DNA of 64,000 bases from a virus. Lineage: Duplodnaviria > Caudoviricetes. The notes beneath the pieces were generated by a model that made no database searches, was not told where the DNA came from, and worked only from the letters and a program-made list of their open reading frames with translations. The position numbers were made by a program, and so were the translations under genes. Positions 45,396-53,541 of this stretch are shown piece by piece; the first letter of the stretch is position 1, and each line of letters begins with the position of its first letter. The DNA is taken from positions 16,880-80,879 of IMG/VR virus record IMGVR_UViG_3300020138_000006, one strand, 5' to 3'.

Positions 45396-45432
45396 ACGAA
45401 GGCCCCCGGGTTCGTGCTCCGGGGGCCTTCGT
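45396..45432 (-). terminator. Stem-loop between VWA and DUF6744-like genes
   Basis: 14-bp perfect stem ACGAAGGCCCCCGG / CCGGGGGCCTTCGT. Confidence 0.65.
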
Positions 45433-45444
45433 GAGGTGGTGTGG

Positions 45445-46905
45445 CTACGTCTGCCGCATGATGTCGCGGACCTGGGAGACGTCCGTCAGGTCCGCGACCG
45501 TCCGAACGTCGTCAGAGAGCTTCGCGAGCATGTCCGGGCGCCCGCCCCACCCGGAAGTGACGTAGACGCCGTACACGTGCACAGACAAGCGCTTGCGGGT
45601 CTCGTTCCACTCGTCGAGGAACGAGATGTTGCCGCCGTCGCCGTCGGTGATGAACACGATGTCCGGGCGGGACGTGCTCGACTCCTTGACGATGTCCAGG
45701 GCCCGCCGCAGCGGCTTGTTGAACTGCGTGCCGCCGTTGATGAAGCCCTCGGCCATGTCGAGGACATGGTCACGGACCATGCGCCCGCCCGGGAAGGAGA
45801 ACTCGCGGAGCTGGTTGTGGTCGCTGCCGAACCCGATGTAGTGGAAGTCGCGCTTCTGACGACCGGCCTGGTCGAGCAGGGCGAGAGACAGGCCCTTGGC
45901 CCACATCTCACCCGCGCCACTCATCGAGCCGGACTCGTCCGCGACGACCACGATCGGACCCTTGCCCTCCCGCTCCCTGCCGCGCAGCTCCTTGACAAGG
46001 AGCCCGCGATCGACGAAGCGACGCCAGAAGTCGTCCTCCGTCTCCGGGGTTGCGAGGTTGACCATCTCCTGTGTCGTCAGACGCATGAGGTCGTCCCCGA
46101 GCTCGACACCGACCGTCTCATCGGCGCCGTCCGTGGAGCGGCGTCGGTACTCGGCTGACGCCAGCGCACGGAAGGCGCCGATGAGAGAGGCGAACTTGCG
46201 GAGCTTGTCGCTGGACAGTCGCTTCGCGAGCGCTGCCCGGTCGGCGAAGTTCATCCGTTGCAGGTCGCCCGCGTCGACCCCGTACGAGCTTGCGGCCTGC
46301 TGCTGCTCGTCGAGCTCCTTCTCGGCGTCGTTGATGGCCCTGCGCAGCCCGCTGCGGCTCGCTGCCGACTGCGCCTGCGCCTGCTCCTGAAGATCCTCCA
46401 GGGCCTGTTGGGCCTCCTGGGCCGCCTGGTCGGCAGCCTCCTGCTCCTCCTCGGAGGTCGCGTTGTCGGCTGCCTCGCGAGCGGCCTCGACGGCCTCCTG
46501 AGCCGCCTTGGCCCGTTCGCGGAGCTCGCCAGCACGCTCCAGGGCATCCCTGAGCGCCGGCTCCAGCGCGAGGAGTCCCGCCGCCGAACCGTAGTTGTCC
46601 GAGACGGTGTACTCCCGCAGTCGCTCCAGCTCCGGCAACGAGGCGATGTCCTCGGCCACCTGTCGGTTCGGCAGGTGGGTCGCCTTCATCTCCTCGGGCG
46701 ACCGAAGGGATGGCCCCCGCTTGGCCAGGAGCTGGAAGACGTCGTGCGCGAAGTCCTCCGCGTAGTCGTACTTCGCTTGCAGGCCCTTGACCGTGTCGTT
46801 GAGCTTCTCGGACTGTTCACGGACCTCGTCCCACATCGCCCGGTCGAACCGGTCGGTGGGGACGGCGTCCGTGTGCTCCTGCTCCGGGTCGAAGAACCCC
46901 CACAC
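45445..46905 (-). CDS. VWA-domain protein (ViaA/CoxE-like)
   Basis: GTG 46905; MIDAS DESGSMSG, GGTQF, DIVFITDG; N-terminal coiled coil. Confidence 0.88.
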   Translation of the reverse strand: MWGFFDPEQEHTDAVPTDRFDRAMWDEVREQSEKLNDTVKGLQAKYDYAEDFAHDVFQLLAKRGPSLRSPEEMKATHLPNRQVAEDIASLPELERLREYTVSDNYGSAAGLLALEPALRDALERAGELRERAKAAQEAVEAAREAADNATSEEEQEAADQAAQEAQQALEDLQEQAQAQSAASRSGLRRAINDAEKELDEQQQAASSYGVDAGDLQRMNFADRAALAKRLSSDKLRKFASLIGAFRALASAEYRRRSTDGADETVGVELGDDLMRLTTQEMVNLATPETEDDFWRRFVDRGLLVKELRGREREGKGPIVVVADESGSMSGAGEMWAKGLSLALLDQAGRQKRDFHYIGFGSDHNQLREFSFPGGRMVRDHVLDMAEGFINGGTQFNKPLRRALDIVKESSTSRPDIVFITDGDGGNISFLDEWNETRKRLSVHVYGVYVTSGWGGRPDMLAKLSDDVRTVADLTDVSQVRDIMRQT

Positions 46906-46906
46906 G

Positions 46907-48058
46907 TCAGAACTCCTTGACGGAGTCGACCGGGATGCCGAGGTAGCCGAGGGCAACGGCTCGGATGTCGCGGACGACGACCTTGACCTGCTTGGCCGTC
47001 ACGGAGTCGGGGGGGAGCTTGTCAGCCTTCTGCCACAGGAGCGTGGCCTTCCCGTTGGCCTCGGTGGCAGCCCCGAGGAGCTTGTCGCTGGCCTCGCCCT
47101 TGCGGGCCTTCAGGTTGGCCAGGATCTCGTTGGCGTCGTCGAGTAGCTCCAGAGCCTCCTGCTCGACAGGAGCGGCGACCCCGAGGATCAGACGCTGGAC
47201 CTTCTTGATCTGCTCCAGGTCCTCCCAGAGCGTGTGCTGCAGGACGCCGAGGTCGTCGGCCTGCGTCTGGTTTCGGCCGGCGAGCCAGGCGTTCGCCTTG
47301 ACGACCGACAGGCTCTTGCGCAGGCGCCGGTCGGAGACCTGCATCCCAGCGTCGCGCAGCGCGTTGCGGACCGTCAGGAGTCCGTCGAGCGTGGCGGCGG
47401 ACACCGCGACCTCCTGGACCTCCTTGGTCGCGTCCTGGACCTCGGAGAAGAGCACCTTGGTGTGCCCGATGGCGCTGGGGTCCTGGTCCATCAGTGCGAT
47501 GAAGTTGGAGTCGGACGAGATGTAGTCCACCTGGACTCGCAGGAGCAGGCGGTCCCACATCGCCGCCGCGTCCTCGGACTCGCCTGCCGGGTGCTCGTTC
47601 GACGCGGCGAGGAGCGTGTGCAGCGGGATCGGCTGGGCGCTGCGGCCGTTCGCGACCTCGTGCTTGACGCGCTCGTTCGTCGCCGCGAGCAGGTCATGCC
47701 CGAGTGTGGGCGACGCCTTGCCGAGCTCGTCGAGGAACACGATGTCGGCCGTGGTGAGGAAGCCCTCGTCGCGTCGGCGGAACTCGCCCTTGTCGCGCAG
47801 GAGCGGCAGGTCCCACGGCCCGAGGACCGCCTGGTCCGGTCGGTTCTTGGACAGGAGCTGCTCGAAGTAGGTCGCTCCGACGAAGCGACCGGCGAACTCG
47901 CGGACGAGCTTGGACTTGCCGGTGCCCGGGGGGCCGATGATGAAGCCGTGCTCGCGACTGAGGACGGCGAGGAGCATGACGTCGATCGCCGACTCGCGCT
48001 CGTAGAACTGCTCGTTGAGCTCGGTGCGGATCTGGTTCAGCGTGCTGGCGGTGCTCAC
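46907..48058 (-). CDS. MoxR/RavA-like AAA+ ATPase
   Basis: FYERE, GPPGTGKS, VFLDE.GKA, AASNE, DRLLLR. Confidence 0.9.
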   Translation of the reverse strand: MSTASTLNQIRTELNEQFYERESAIDVMLLAVLSREHGFIIGPPGTGKSKLVREFAGRFVGATYFEQLLSKNRPDQAVLGPWDLPLLRDKGEFRRRDEGFLTTADIVFLDELGKASPTLGHDLLAATNERVKHEVANGRSAQPIPLHTLLAASNEHPAGESEDAAAMWDRLLLRVQVDYISSDSNFIALMDQDPSAIGHTKVLFSEVQDATKEVQEVAVSAATLDGLLTVRNALRDAGMQVSDRRLRKSLSVVKANAWLAGRNQTQADDLGVLQHTLWEDLEQIKKVQRLILGVAAPVEQEALELLDDANEILANLKARKGEASDKLLGAATEANGKATLLWQKADKLPPDSVTAKQVKVVVRDIRAVALGYLGIPVDSVKEF

Positions 48059-48276
48059 CAGGGCTCCTTTCGCTGGTTGGGGACGTAGTTCAGGGTGGGG
48101 ACGTGGTCGTTGGAGCGCTTCTCGATCTGTGCCTCGTCGTGTGCGACGTCAGGGTCGTACGGAACCTGAGACCAGAGGTCCTCGGAGAGCGCCTCTTCCT
48201 CGGCCTCGACGGCACGCAGGTAGTCATCCTCGCTCTCGCCCGGCAAGGGTTCACCGAACCTTCGCTGCGAGTCCAT
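48055..48276 (-). CDS. Small acidic protein
   Basis: 73 aa, AAGGAGG RBS. Confidence 0.65.
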   Translation of the reverse strand: MDSQRRFGEPLPGESEDDYLRAVEAEEEALSEDLWSQVPYDPDVAHDEAQIEKRSNDHVPTLNYVPNQRKEPW

Positions 48277-48284
48277 GCCCCTCC

Positions 48285-48304
48285 TTTCTCCGCTAGCGCG
48301 GAAA
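48285..48304. promoter_or_regulatory. Palindromic operator copy (best match)
   Basis: TTTCTCCGCTAGCGCGGAAA, 18/20, abutting the RBS of the operon that leads into the AAA/VWA genes. Confidence 0.75.
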
Positions 48305-48306
48305 TC

Positions 48307-48735
48307 TCATCGCCGGTTCGTGGTGATCGGGACCGTCACGTCACCGTTGGACAGGTCGTCGCGGAACTTGCGGACCTGAGCGGCGGTGCGCTCAGCCTTG
48401 AACAGAGCCTCGCGAGCGGTCCTCAGCTGGCCGTCGGCCGCCGAGACCATCTCGTCGATGTACGTCTGGACCTCCTCGGGCAGTGCCGGGAAGAGCTCCA
48501 GCGTCTTGTCCGGAGGGAAGACCTTCACCGAGGCCCCGACCGGATAGCCGCCGTACTCCAGGGCGGACAGGACGACCTTGTCGCCGTTGTTGACGATGTC
48601 GATGACGTGGCCGTAGATGAACTTGGGGTCGCCGTACGAGTTCTCCTCCAGGCGTTTGTAGACATCGCCCTGAGACAGGAGTGCGACTCGCTCCACGGTC
48701 GGGGTGCGGACGGCGTCCTTCACCGCTGTGCTCAT
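48307..48735 (-). CDS. Hypothetical protein
   Basis: 142 aa; SH3-like N-terminus plus coiled coil. Confidence 0.7.
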   Translation of the reverse strand: MSTAVKDAVRTPTVERVALLSQGDVYKRLEENSYGDPKFIYGHVIDIVNNGDKVVLSALEYGGYPVGASVKVFPPDKTLELFPALPEEVQTYIDEMVSAADGQLRTAREALFKAERTAAQVRKFRDDLSNGDVTVPITTNRR

Positions 48736-49163
48736 GCGGCACCTCGGCAGGCATCACGGTTGCCCTGGTAGGTGTTCGCCAGGACGCGGTCCGTGAGGTC
48801 GTTGATGCTTGCCGTGAACTGCCCGGCGTTGGCGAGGTACCAGTCCGCAGCGAAGTCGTACTCGGCGAACTGGTTGAAGAGCTTCTTGTCGTCGGACAGA
48901 TGCGCACCGACGAGGGTTGCGACCTCGCCGCTGATCGTGAGCAGCTCGTCTGCGTCGTTCAGTGCGTCGAGACATGCCTCGGAGACCTTCTCGACCGTGA
49001 CCTCCTTCGTGATGACGGTCGGAGTGGGGGAGGGGCTGGACTCGGCTCCGCTGTCGGATCCGGACCCGAACGCGGCGCCGAGTCCGAAGGCCGCGACGCT
49101 GGCGATGGCGGGGACGACCCAGGGGGCACGCTTGCGCGCCTGGGTCGGGGTGTCGGTACTCAC
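48732..49163 (-). CDS. Membrane-anchored extracytoplasmic protein
   Basis: N-terminal TM helix, S/P/T linker, two Cys. Confidence 0.7.
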   Translation of the reverse strand: MSTDTPTQARKRAPWVVPAIASVAAFGLGAAFGSGSDSGAESSPSPTPTVITKEVTVEKVSEACLDALNDADELLTISGEVATLVGAHLSDDKKLFNQFAEYDFAADWYLANAGQFTASINDLTDRVLANTYQGNRDACRGAA

Positions 49164-49175
49164 GTGGGACCCCTT

Positions 49176-50075
49176 TCAGTAGACGGGAAGGGCGAGGAGC
49201 TGGTCGACCGTCGCCGCTGTGAGCGGGAGGTCTGTGCGCTCGCCCTTGAAGACGGCCATGCGAAGCTTGTTGTCGAAGGTGCGGTTGAGTGCGTGGATCT
49301 CCACGGGGAACATCTCGCCGTTGTCCAGCCGGCCTCGAAGCTGGTCCTCCTGCCGGGAGTCCCAGCCGGTGCCGACGCGGCCGATGGGGACCGGCCCGTC
49401 GTAACCCATGACGGCCAACTCGATCGCGAGACCCTTGCGAGCCTCCTTCGCGTAGCCGAGTGCGATGGCGGTCAGTGACCGGACAGTCTTGAACTTGACC
49501 CAGGACTCGGCTCGCTTCCCGGGCAGGTAGATGCCGTTGCGCATCTTGCAGATGATGCCCTCGCCGCCGTCGCTGACGACCTGCTGCCAGAGGTCGAGGA
49601 TCGCTCCGGACTGCTTGATCGGTCGGATGTTGCGACGTCGTCCAATGACGTTGCGCATCAGCAGGTGCCGAGTGCGCAGCGGCTGCTCCATGAGGGAGTT
49701 GCCACCGGCCATCAGCAGGTCGAACGCCACGAAGTAGCACGGGTTGGCCTTGGCGGCCATCTTGAAGCCGCCGGTCTGCTTGTCTCGTGTGGCGACGGTC
49801 GAGAACAGCCCGTCACGCGCGACGAGCTCGCCGTCGAGGACGAGCGAGCCCGGGAGTCGGAGGTTGTGCAGCTCGGGAAACTTCTCGGTGATCTCCTTGC
49901 CGTTCCGGTTGTAGAGACGGTTCAAGCCACCCTCCGCGTAGAGGATGGCTCGGATTCCATCGAGCTTTTCTTCGGCCACCCAGTCCTTCCGGGAGGCGAG
50001 CTCGGTGAGCAGGATCGGTCTTCGGTTGCTCTGCCCGGTGCTGGGGACCGCTAGCATCGGGGGGATGGGCTTCAT
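49176..50075 (-). CDS. ATP-dependent DNA ligase (LigD/LigC ligase-domain type)
   Basis: PMLA, EEKLDG (adenylated Lys), LDGELV, FVAFDLL, EGIICK, Y.PGKR..SWVKFK, OB domain. Confidence 0.92.
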   Translation of the reverse strand: MKPIPPMLAVPSTGQSNRRPILLTELASRKDWVAEEKLDGIRAILYAEGGLNRLYNRNGKEITEKFPELHNLRLPGSLVLDGELVARDGLFSTVATRDKQTGGFKMAAKANPCYFVAFDLLMAGGNSLMEQPLRTRHLLMRNVIGRRRNIRPIKQSGAILDLWQQVVSDGGEGIICKMRNGIYLPGKRAESWVKFKTVRSLTAIALGYAKEARKGLAIELAVMGYDGPVPIGRVGTGWDSRQEDQLRGRLDNGEMFPVEIHALNRTFDNKLRMAVFKGERTDLPLTAATVDQLLALPVY

Positions 50076-50079
50076 CGGT

Positions 50080-50160
50080 TCAGTCCCGGGCCATCAGCCA
50101 GAAGCACCAGGCGGCGAGTGCGCAGTAGCCGAGGATCACGACTGCCTTGGGCCAGGTCAC
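50080..50160 (-). CDS. Small membrane peptide
   Basis: MTWPKAVVILGYCALAAWCFWLMARD, GTGA-coupled. Confidence 0.5.
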   Translation of the reverse strand: MTWPKAVVILGYCALAAWCFWLMARD

Positions 50161-50351
50161 GTCAGCACCTCCCACTTGCTCAGGAGCCGCTGCACGCGGT
50201 GCAGCTCGGTGATCGGCACCATGTAGTGCGACGGGACGAACATCGGTCGGCCCTCCTGCACGATGCCGTTGTGGACGGCGATGATGATCGGAACCGTCTC
50301 CTCCTGCGGCTCGGTGAGCTCGGAGATGTCGTCTGGAGCCTCGTCGGACAT
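50157..50351 (-). CDS. Hypothetical protein
   Basis: 64 aa, AAGGAGG RBS. Confidence 0.65.
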   Translation of the reverse strand: MSDEAPDDISELTEPQEETVPIIIAVHNGIVQEGRPMFVPSHYMVPITELHRVQRLLSKWEVLT

Positions 50352-50354
50352 GTT

Positions 50355-50513
50355 TCAGACCTCCTTCGATCGTCGCTGCCGGTCCGCGAGTCGGGACTGG
50401 CAGGCGGGTTCGTTGCAGACGTGCGCGACGATGCGCGCCTCGTTCGCGGGGATGTAGATGGCGACCTTGGTCAGCGGGCGCTGGACCGTGCCGCAGAAGT
50501 AGCACTGAGTCAT
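50355..50513 (-). CDS. Small zinc-binding protein
   Basis: ATG 50513; CYFC...HVCNEPAC. Confidence 0.6.
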   Translation of the reverse strand: MTQCYFCGTVQRPLTKVAIYIPANEARIVAHVCNEPACQSRLADRQRRSKEV

Positions 50514-50698
50514 GAGCGCTTCACCTGGATCCAGCAGTCGTAGAAGGGCGCCGACGATGAACCGTCGGTGTAGTGCCAAACGATCTTGCCGACCCGCGCA
50601 GTGGACACGTGCGACACGACCGCGATGTCCTCTCCGACGGAGACGAGGATGTCGCCCGCACGAGCCTTCGAGGCTCGGATCGTGATGAGCGGACTCAT
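50510..50698 (-). CDS. Hypothetical protein
   Basis: 62 aa, coupled. Confidence 0.6.
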   Translation of the reverse strand: MSPLITIRASKARAGDILVSVGEDIAVVSHVSTARVGKIVWHYTDGSSSAPFYDCWIQVKRS

Positions 50699-51474
50699 GC
50701 CGCCACCACCGCTCGGAGCTTCGCCAGCAGATCGTCGACGTCGGACGTCGGCAGGGCTACGTCATCGGCCCGTGCGACGACCTCGCGACCCTTCAGGCGC
50801 TCGGCCATACGGGCGTCCGTGTCGTCGAGGTAGGACGACGGGTCGTAGTCAGTGACCGAGGACGGCATCGCGAGGATCTGCTCGGCGAGCGAGACCATCT
50901 CGGGGTTCTCGGTGAGCTCCAGCTCGGGAGCCTCCCGCAGCGTCGACCCGCCGGTGCGCTCCTGGAAGACGAGGACCTGGCCGACTGCGCGCAGGCGGAA
51001 CTGCCCCAGCGCCGACCGGGGGGTCCAGCGGGCCATGAAGGCCGTCTCGGGGTGGGAGCGGACGAGCGCGAGGAGCGTCGCGTACGTCGTCTCGTGACCC
51101 TTCTCGGGGACGAGGAAGTACGTCTTCTCCCCGACGCCGGTCAGCACCTCCACCTGCTCGGCCGGGTGCGCGAGCACGTTCGCTCGCTTCTTGAACTCGG
51201 CACTGACCTCGGTGAGGACCTTCTCGTCCTCTTCGTTCAGGACGACGAGCCCGCCGTCGACCGGACGAGCCTTCTTCAGCTGCTGGTAGGGGACCTCGCC
51301 GCAGTGCGGGCACACCCTCGGCTGGCGGATCTGCACGGCCTCGTGGCCGGTGTCGCAGACGGTGACGTTCGTGGCCGACTTCGGCCGGCTCTCCACGGCG
51401 GAGAACATCGAGACGGACGCGGAGATGAGTCCGAAGTTCAGGGCGACGCCGGAGGCGACGCTACGGGGTGCCAT
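50695..51474 (-). CDS. ku: Ku-like DNA end-binding protein
   Basis: LNFGLISASV.MFSA, IRQPRVCPHCGEV.Y..L.K, TYFL.P, Y..LL, LA.QI, YDPS.Y.D, V.DLLA.L. Confidence 0.85.
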   Translation of the reverse strand: MAPRSVASGVALNFGLISASVSMFSAVESRPKSATNVTVCDTGHEAVQIRQPRVCPHCGEVPYQQLKKARPVDGGLVVLNEEDEKVLTEVSAEFKKRANVLAHPAEQVEVLTGVGEKTYFLVPEKGHETTYATLLALVRSHPETAFMARWTPRSALGQFRLRAVGQVLVFQERTGGSTLREAPELELTENPEMVSLAEQILAMPSSVTDYDPSSYLDDTDARMAERLKGREVVARADDVALPTSDVDDLLAKLRAVVAA

Positions 51475-51491
51475 GTGGTTGCTCCTTTCGG

Positions 51492-51683
51492 TCAGTCGCT
51501 CTTGATGACGATGCGGTAGATCTCGTCGAGCAGCTCGGTCGCGTAGGTCTCGTGCTCGCTGAGGACCTCGTCGAGCTTGGTGAGCTCGGCCCCGCCGGTG
51601 TAGTCGTACATGTTCGCCGTCCAGGGCTCTTCGGTTTCGGTGGCCCTGTCGTTGTCGTCCACGACGATCTCGTAGTACGTCAT
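51492..51683 (-). CDS. Small acidic protein
   Basis: ATG 51683, 63 aa. Confidence 0.65.
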   Translation of the reverse strand: MTYYEIVVDDNDRATETEEPWTANMYDYTGGAELTKLDEVLSEHETYATELLDEIYRIVIKSD

Positions 51684-52210
51684 GGCAGCACCACGTCGTG
51701 CACGTTGGTGATGTCCTTGGCGGTGTGCAGGTAGCACCCCTTCACAGCGCGGGCCGTGATGTAGTCCGGGGGTGTGTGCTCCAGTACCGTCACGATCTGG
51801 TCCGGGACACCCATCACCGTCGCCCGGAAGCGGGTGCCGGGCTCGGTCGGGATGGGCACCGGGGCAGGCTTGCGCTCCGTCAGCTCGTCCAGACGGGCGA
51901 GCATCGCGTCCAGGAGCGGACCGTCGGCGTCGTAGCACGGCGTGAACGCGGGGCGCTTGGCAACCTTGTGCCACGCGGCAATGCGTTCGTCCACCTCCGG
52001 GGCAGGCTTGTGTGCGCGGACGCGAATCCAGGAGTGGCGAAGCCCGCGGGGGGTGCGGACGGCCCACCCGGACACGTACAGGTAGCCAAGCTCGTCCGCC
52101 TTCACCTCACGCCACCCCTTGACCGGCGCCCACTCCACGTCCGGGTTCGCCCGCACGTCGATCTTCACCAGGTCGCCCAGCTTGATCTTGCTCAGATCGA
52201 TGTCGGTCAT
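51680..52210 (-). CDS. Hypothetical protein
   Basis: ATG 52210, 176 aa. Confidence 0.65.
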   Translation of the reverse strand: MTDIDLSKIKLGDLVKIDVRANPDVEWAPVKGWREVKADELGYLYVSGWAVRTPRGLRHSWIRVRAHKPAPEVDERIAAWHKVAKRPAFTPCYDADGPLLDAMLARLDELTERKPAPVPIPTEPGTRFRATVMGVPDQIVTVLEHTPPDYITARAVKGCYLHTAKDITNVHDVVLP

Positions 52211-52310
52211 CGGCAGCACCCGTCGTTCGGGACGACCGCCAGCGCGTCGTACGCGATGCAGGTCTTCTTCAAGAGCAGTCTCCTTTGTTCGGTGTGTGGG
52301 CATGGCGAAG

Positions 52311-52435
52311 TGCTCCCGCCAGGAGTCGAACCCGGGATCGCCTGGATAACCGCGGTGGGCAGGGCCCGGTGCAGGTCCAGGTGCTCTTCTCTCTGCGCGC
52401 CGTAACGCGCGAGCTATCCGTTGAGCTACGGGAGC
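52311..52435 (-). ncRNA. tRNA-Arg-derived RNA with 28-nt D-loop and 24-nt anticodon-loop insertions
   Basis: Acceptor GCTCCCG/CGGGAGC+A, D-stem GCTC/GAGC, anticodon stem CCTGG/CCAGG, variable CGATC, T-arm CCGGG-TTCGACT-CCTGG; 73+52=125 nt. Confidence 0.8.
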
Positions 52436-52680
52436 GCACGAGGCATCGGGACGCCGTCACAACATCCCTACTCGCGAGGGTGACGCCTCGCTCTCACACA
52501 GGCCGGCCGGTCAAGTGTGAATGTTCCTCGTGGAGCCGATGCGCGAAACGCCCTGAGGCGCACGTGCTGCCATGGGGTCGACTCAACTCCCCACCCCGAC
52601 CCCGGAGGGTCGGACGCTCTCGGCCTAAGGGGCTTCCCTCCGCAGAGGGGGCTGCCGAGACAGCTTGTTGTGTGCTTGGG

Positions 52681-52947
52681 CTAGACCGGCCGGGCCACCG
52701 CGAGGTTGCCCACGACGACCGACCCGGGATTGGCGTCCTTGATCGCCGACAGTGCCATCGGGTACGCCGACGTCGTCAGCTCGACCCAGTCGCACTCCCC
52801 GTAGAACAGGTCATCACGGCTCGTGGTGCTGGACATCGAGTAGGCGTTGGTCGGAAGGTTGTGCAGGTCCGGGTTCTGGATGGACCGAGGGGAGCGACCG
52901 GCGCGCTTCACCAGGTGCGCCCACTCGGGCGGGATGACAAGACTCAT
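52681..52947 (-). CDS. Hypothetical protein
   Basis: 88 aa, GAGGAGG RBS. Confidence 0.6.
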   Translation of the reverse strand: MSLVIPPEWAHLVKRAGRSPRSIQNPDLHNLPTNAYSMSSTTSRDDLFYGECDWVELTTSAYPMALSAIKDANPGSVVVGNLAVARPV

Positions 52948-52973
52948 GCGTCCACCTCCTCTCGGGGGTCAGG

Positions 52974-53273
52974 CTAGTCGGACCTGCCCGACAGGCGCAG
53001 GTAGTGCCGGATCGTCTCGGTGGCCTCAGCGATCTGGTCGAGGGCGTCATCCCTGGGGTCGGGCGGGTCGTTCGGGTTGTCGAAGAACCGGCCGGGCCGC
53101 TCGTCGGTATCGGGATCGCCGTCCCAGATCAGCGCGTCGTTCAGGCAGATGCGGACGCGCCCAGCACCACCGTCGGTGTCGATCTGGACGACCGGGACGC
53201 CGTCGTGAGCAGCGTTCCAGACACTGACGTGCTCGTCTCGCCACCCATCAGGGGCCGGCTCGCGCCTGGGCAT
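52974..53273 (-). CDS. Hypothetical protein
   Basis: VVQIDT...GRVRICLND..IWDGDP, a pattern recalled from actinophages. Confidence 0.7.
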   Translation of the reverse strand: MPRREPAPDGWRDEHVSVWNAAHDGVPVVQIDTDGGAGRVRICLNDALIWDGDPDTDERPGRFFDNPNDPPDPRDDALDQIAEATETIRHYLRLSGRSD

Positions 53274-53334
53274 GGCTCCTCCTCTCAGCCCCGGTCTGGA
53301 CGTGCGCGGTCGATGAGGCCGGCGTGATCGGCCA

Positions 53335-53529
53335 TCAGTCGACGTTCCCGCTGCGGCCCCAGGCGCGGCTCTCGCCGGACTGGAAGGCGTCGCGCCGGCC
53401 GGCGCTGCGGACCTTGGTGATGCGCTCGGCGCTGGCTGACTTGATGAGGGTGGCGTCCTCGGTGTCGCTGAGCAGGCTCACCAGGGACGGGACGGGGATC
53501 TCAGAGGGCTTGGCGAGGGACACAGACAC
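53335..53529 (-). CDS. Hypothetical protein
   Basis: 64 aa. Confidence 0.55.
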   Translation of the reverse strand: MSVSLAKPSEIPVPSLVSLLSDTEDATLIKSASAERITKVRSAGRRDAFQSGESRAWGRSGNVD

Positions 53530-53541
53530 GGAGCTCTCCTT

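Noticed and set aside
52311-52435. Calling this a functional tRNA-Gln(CTG) using the alternative arm CCTGG-ACCTGCA-CCGGG
   Set aside because: That loop lacks U33 and purine 37, leaves an unstructured 29-nt variable region, and the D-loop insertion remains.
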